A stretch of DNA of 64,000 bases from Eledone cirrhosa (taxonomy: Eukaryota). Positions 59,739 through 64,000 of the stretch are shown here, one piece after another. The notes under the pieces were generated by a model. It worked only from the letters and a program-made list of their open reading frames with translations. It made no database searches and was not told where the DNA came from. Location of the stretch: positions 282,844,001 through 282,908,000 of the forward strand of contig OZ024742.1 in NCBI GenBank assembly GCA_964016885.1, given 5' to 3'. The translations under genes were made by a program, and so were the position numbers. The number at the start of each line of letters is the position of its first letter. Within the stretch, counting starts at the first letter, position 1.

Positions 59739-60542
59739 CACCCTTACATATAATATATATATATTATATATATATATATATGTGTGCGTGTGTATATATA
59801 TATATTTATATATATAAATATGTATATATATACATATATATATATATATAAATATGTATATATATACATATATATATATATATATGTATGTATATATACA
59901 TACATACATACATACATAGATACAAACATGTAGTTGATGATGATGATTGTGATTGAATAATTGAAAGAATGTGCAGAGGTAGTGCATTGGTGATCCCCAG
60001 GGGTGGAGGTCACCAATGTCAACTGTATTTTGATTAAGAACCTTCCTCCCCCACACCACTACCAGTACACTGATCATTGCTTAAATATTGACTCCTTTTA
60101 TTGAGGGCGATGGTAGGAGGGGGGAATCAAAGAGGGACTAGAGAGGGCATTATTTCCTTTAGTGGTTATTGTTGGTGTTGTTGTTGTTGCTATTGTTGGT
60201 GGTGTTGTTGTTGTTGCTGCTGCTGCTGCTGCTCTTGTTGGAGTTGCTATTGTTGTTGTTGCTGTTGTTGTTGTTGCTGTTGTTGTTGCTGCTGCTCTTG
60301 TTGTTGTTGTTATTACAATTTACATTGCCATATTACAGTTGTAATGGAATTAATCATATATCGCCCGCCCCTCCCCCCACACACACCACCCCATCCAAAC
60401 CACTCACTAATGCACCCCCCACACACCCCTTCTCTTTTTATTTTTCTCTACTTGTCCACCCTCTCTCTATCTCTCATTCTCTCTCTCTCCCTCTCTAAGA
60501 GAAAGAGAAAGAGAGAGAATGATAATGATAATGATGATGATG

Positions 60543-60573
<31 letters not shown>

Positions 60574-60613
60574 TACATATAAATGTGTGCATGCACATAA
60601 ACCTAAGTATACA

Positions 60614-60649
<36 letters not shown>

Positions 60650-60756
60650 CACACACACATACATACATATATATATATATATACATACACATACATACAC
60701 ATATATATACACATACATACATATATATGTATACACACACACATACACATACATAT

Positions 60757-60791
<35 letters not shown>

Positions 60792-61005
60792 CACATACCT
60801 ACATATATAAATATATGTATATATATGGAGGGAGTTGTGAGATAGCCTGAGTTAAGGTTTTGGATATGGTCCAATCTCAATGTTTGCACTGCACAATGCA
60901 TATCTCAGAGTGTAGCGCTAGATGCTGGTCACAATCCTTGCACATCAGTTGCAGAACACTTTGGCACTGAGTGTCATAAAATACACACACACATCTACAC
61001 ATGAA

Positions 61006-61050
<45 letters not shown>

Positions 61051-61055
<5 letters not shown>

Positions 61056-61180
61056 AACGAGTAGGACCCCGACGACTGAGCTCAAGCCGTTTCAACGGCT
61101 AATTCTGGACTGAATTAGCCGTCCAGAATTAGCCATCGAAACGGCTTGAGCTCAGCCGTCGGGGTCCTACTCGTTCCTAT
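61051..61180. repeat. Fold-back element, 60-bp arms with 10-nt spacer (relative at about 20960-21105)
   Basis: 61051-61110 is the reverse complement of 61121-61180 with few mismatches; abuts (TA)n. Confidence 0.85.
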
Positions 61181-61267
61181 TACCCACTCTACTACCCTAA
61201 GTATTGAGTACTTTGGTGCGTTATGGTCCATCTGGTTCCTTACCACATTTCCTTTGTTATATATATA

Positions 61268-61445
61268 TTGGGAGCCCCTACATGGACACACTAGAAGAGG
61301 AAGACCAAGGTTAACATATGTTGATGCCCTAAGGACAGACACTGGTCTGTTGGAGATGCAGGATATGGCAGCGATAATGAGGGACAGAGACCGCTGGAGA
61401 GAACTCGTCCATGGATCTCTGGAATTTTACCCGCCTTAGATAGAT

Positions 61446-61450
<5 letters not shown>
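61268..61450 (+). pseudogene. 3' end of an RTE/RTEX-clade LINE with (TAGA)n tail
   Basis: WEPLHGHTRRGRPRLTYVDALRTDTG...MRDRDRWRELV is the conserved RTE C-terminus; followed by TAGATAGATAGA. Confidence 0.8.
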
Positions 61451-61499
<49 letters not shown>

Positions 61500-61790
61500 G
61501 CAAACATGTATTTATGTATACAAACACACACACACATACATACATATAGATTTACACACACACACACACACACATGTTGGATATGCGCAGATATAGAAAC
61601 TTACTCGCATGCATCCAAAACAATAGCTTAGATAGTCAGGCATTATTGTAATATAATAATATATGTATATACCAGGGGCGAAGTGTCCGTGCATGCGTTA
61701 TAGAACCTTGAGTTGATCAATGGCGTCAGTTGAAGCAAGCAGAAGTTTGGCTGCTTGCTAAATCGTAGACACATAGAAAGATAATACACA

Positions 61791-61834
<44 letters not shown>

Positions 61835-62125
61835 ATAACACTACATGCAGCTTTGACCGGGAGGGTCATTTAGAGGGAATTGAGTGGGGAGGTAAGGCTG
61901 CACAGCCCCACTTTCTGCCATGGCGATTGGACTGCATGCCCTGCTTTCCAGGTTACCCATCGCCACTGGTATATATATATATATATATACATACATATAT
62001 ATATGTGTATATATATATGTATGTATGTATATACATATAATATATACAGGGTATCCAAAAAAATGTATACATACTGTTATTAGAATGCTATTGGAGTTGG
62101 TATACATTTTTGGGGGACATCCTGA

Positions 62126-62205
<80 letters not shown>

Positions 62206-62444
62206 TCATCATCATCATCATCATCATCATTTTACGTCCGCTCTTCCCTGCTCGCAAGGGTGGGACGGGTCTTATATATATATATTCACACACATACACA
62301 CCAGTATCATATTATATTGTAGTGTAGTAATATAACTATATATATATATATATATACCACTATTATAGAAATGCAATTATATATATATATATATATACAC
62401 ATTGTTGTTAGTTACCAAACAAACTATGACTTCTCCACTAATTA

Positions 62445-62725
62445 ATTATACTTAATGATCATAGTGATGATAATGATGATCACAATATTAATGATAACAG
62501 CAATGATGATGTCAGCAATGATTACAATTATGATGGTGGTGATGGTGGTGCTGGTGGTGGTGGTGATGGTGGTGCTGGTGGTGGTGGCAATGATGATGTT
62601 GACTATAATAGTGGTGGTGGTGATAGTGGCAATGATAATGATGATGGTAATGATGTTGACTATAATAGTGCTAGTGCTGGTGATGATGATGATTATGCCC
62701 ATAATAGTTGATGATGCTGATGAAG
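62445..62725. repeat. (ATG)/(GTG) trinucleotide low-complexity tract
   Basis: Direct reading; similar tracts at 30640-31330, 34450-34575, 58780-59015, 60165-60315. Confidence 0.9.
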
Positions 62726-63161
62726 ATGAACCATTCCAGTAGCCAAATATGGAAACTTTACAACAATAATTCCTTAAGATTCTTATCTTAAATGTTTCCA
62801 GTGTGTTGCAAAAATAAATAATTTTCCTTCTTATCTCATTTGTTCATCTCATTCTTCTATCGCCCATCTTAATAAGCCATTTTCTATAACTAATGGCCAG
62901 TTTGACCATTTACAAAAAAGGTGAACTGACCTCACTATAAGCAATTTATCTCTCTCTGCTACTACTACTACTATTGCTACTGCTGCTGCTACTACTACTC
63001 TAGATAATCAATAGATCTAGCTAATAATGGCGCAGCTATTGCTAATAAACGCAGTTGAAATAATCTATTATAAGACATAGTTAAACTTATGATTGAAATA
63101 ATTCTCATTACAAATATATATATGTATACATACACACATTCATGTGTGTATGTATACATAT

Positions 63162-63197
<36 letters not shown>

Positions 63198-63225
63198 CTA
63201 TATATATATATATATATATATATAT

Positions 63226-63299
<74 letters not shown>

Positions 63300-63919
63300 C
63301 TATATATATATATATATATATATATTGCTATATATATATATATATATATATATTGCTATATATGTATATATATATATACTTATATACTTACATATGTATG
63401 TACATACATATACAAAATTTCACTCACACATCAACATACATCTCTGTCACGCACAGTCCAACACACCTTCTCTCTCTCTCTCTTTTTCTCTTTCTCTCTC
63501 TCTCTATCTCTCTCTCCCTCTCTTTCTCTCTCTTCCCCATCCCCCCTGCACACACATTCATATACACATTCACAGTTCTCACCCAACCATCAACACCCTC
63601 TCCCTCGCCACACACACATAAATACAAACACTTAAACACACACGAAAACACAAAAACATACACATCTCTCTCACAAAAGCACAGGTGCACACATACACAT
63701 ACCAATGCACACACACACACTCTCTCTGACACACACACACACCGTGCCAGTTGTATGTCTAGACTTGAGTACTCCCATCACTCCATTATCTTCAAGTTTG
63801 TCTTCAAGCTAAACAAGAAGGCAAGACAAGAAATAAAGAAAGTTTATAACAAACCAAAGTTTGTGCTGAAATTTCCTATTATTTCTACATTCCAATATTA
63901 ATTAATGGGGTGAAATGAA

Positions 63920-64000
63920 GGATTGGTCGAATGAGAGGGTAGAAGAATTTGCCCTGAAGCATAATTTAGTTTGTTTCTTTCACATATTTGAGTTCAAATC
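63920..64000 (+). mobile_element. Start of a degenerate Nin-like SINE
   Basis: GGATTGGTCGAAT...GAGTTCAAATC at the window end. Confidence 0.5.

Overview
Repeat-saturated, AT-rich animal genomic DNA. The microsatellite density and SINE families look like a cephalopod (Octopus-like) genome, which is an inference. No host protein-coding exon can be supported: nearly all ORFs in the track are translations of (TA)n, (CA)n, (GA)n or trinucleotide repeats. The main discovery is a 5.3-kb array (38667-43927) of about 17 near-identical 310-bp units. Each complete unit carries a minimal type I hammerhead ribozyme (GUAGUC-CUGAUGA-stem II-GAAA-CGCG-UA/GAUUAC) inside a highly structured monomer. The array is split into two divergent blocks (about 10.6 and 6.3 copies) and sits in a (TA)n tract. 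A variant unit changes only structure-neutral ribozyme positions. This fits a non-LTR retrozyme (circRNA-producing, Penelope-mobilised) system. At least 6 further dispersed hammerhead motifs of different sequence occur, several inside fold-back elements. Also present: many tRNA-derived SINEs, a SINE dimer copied locally with 3' transduction and a 19-bp TSD, RTE and CRE LINE fragments (one with a twin-priming-type inversion), hAT, Tc1/mariner, piggyBac-type and Helitron-like non-autonomous elements, several minisatellites, a tRNA-like sequence clamped in a 75-bp inverted repeat, and a candidate recursive splice site (polyY-AG|GTAAGT).
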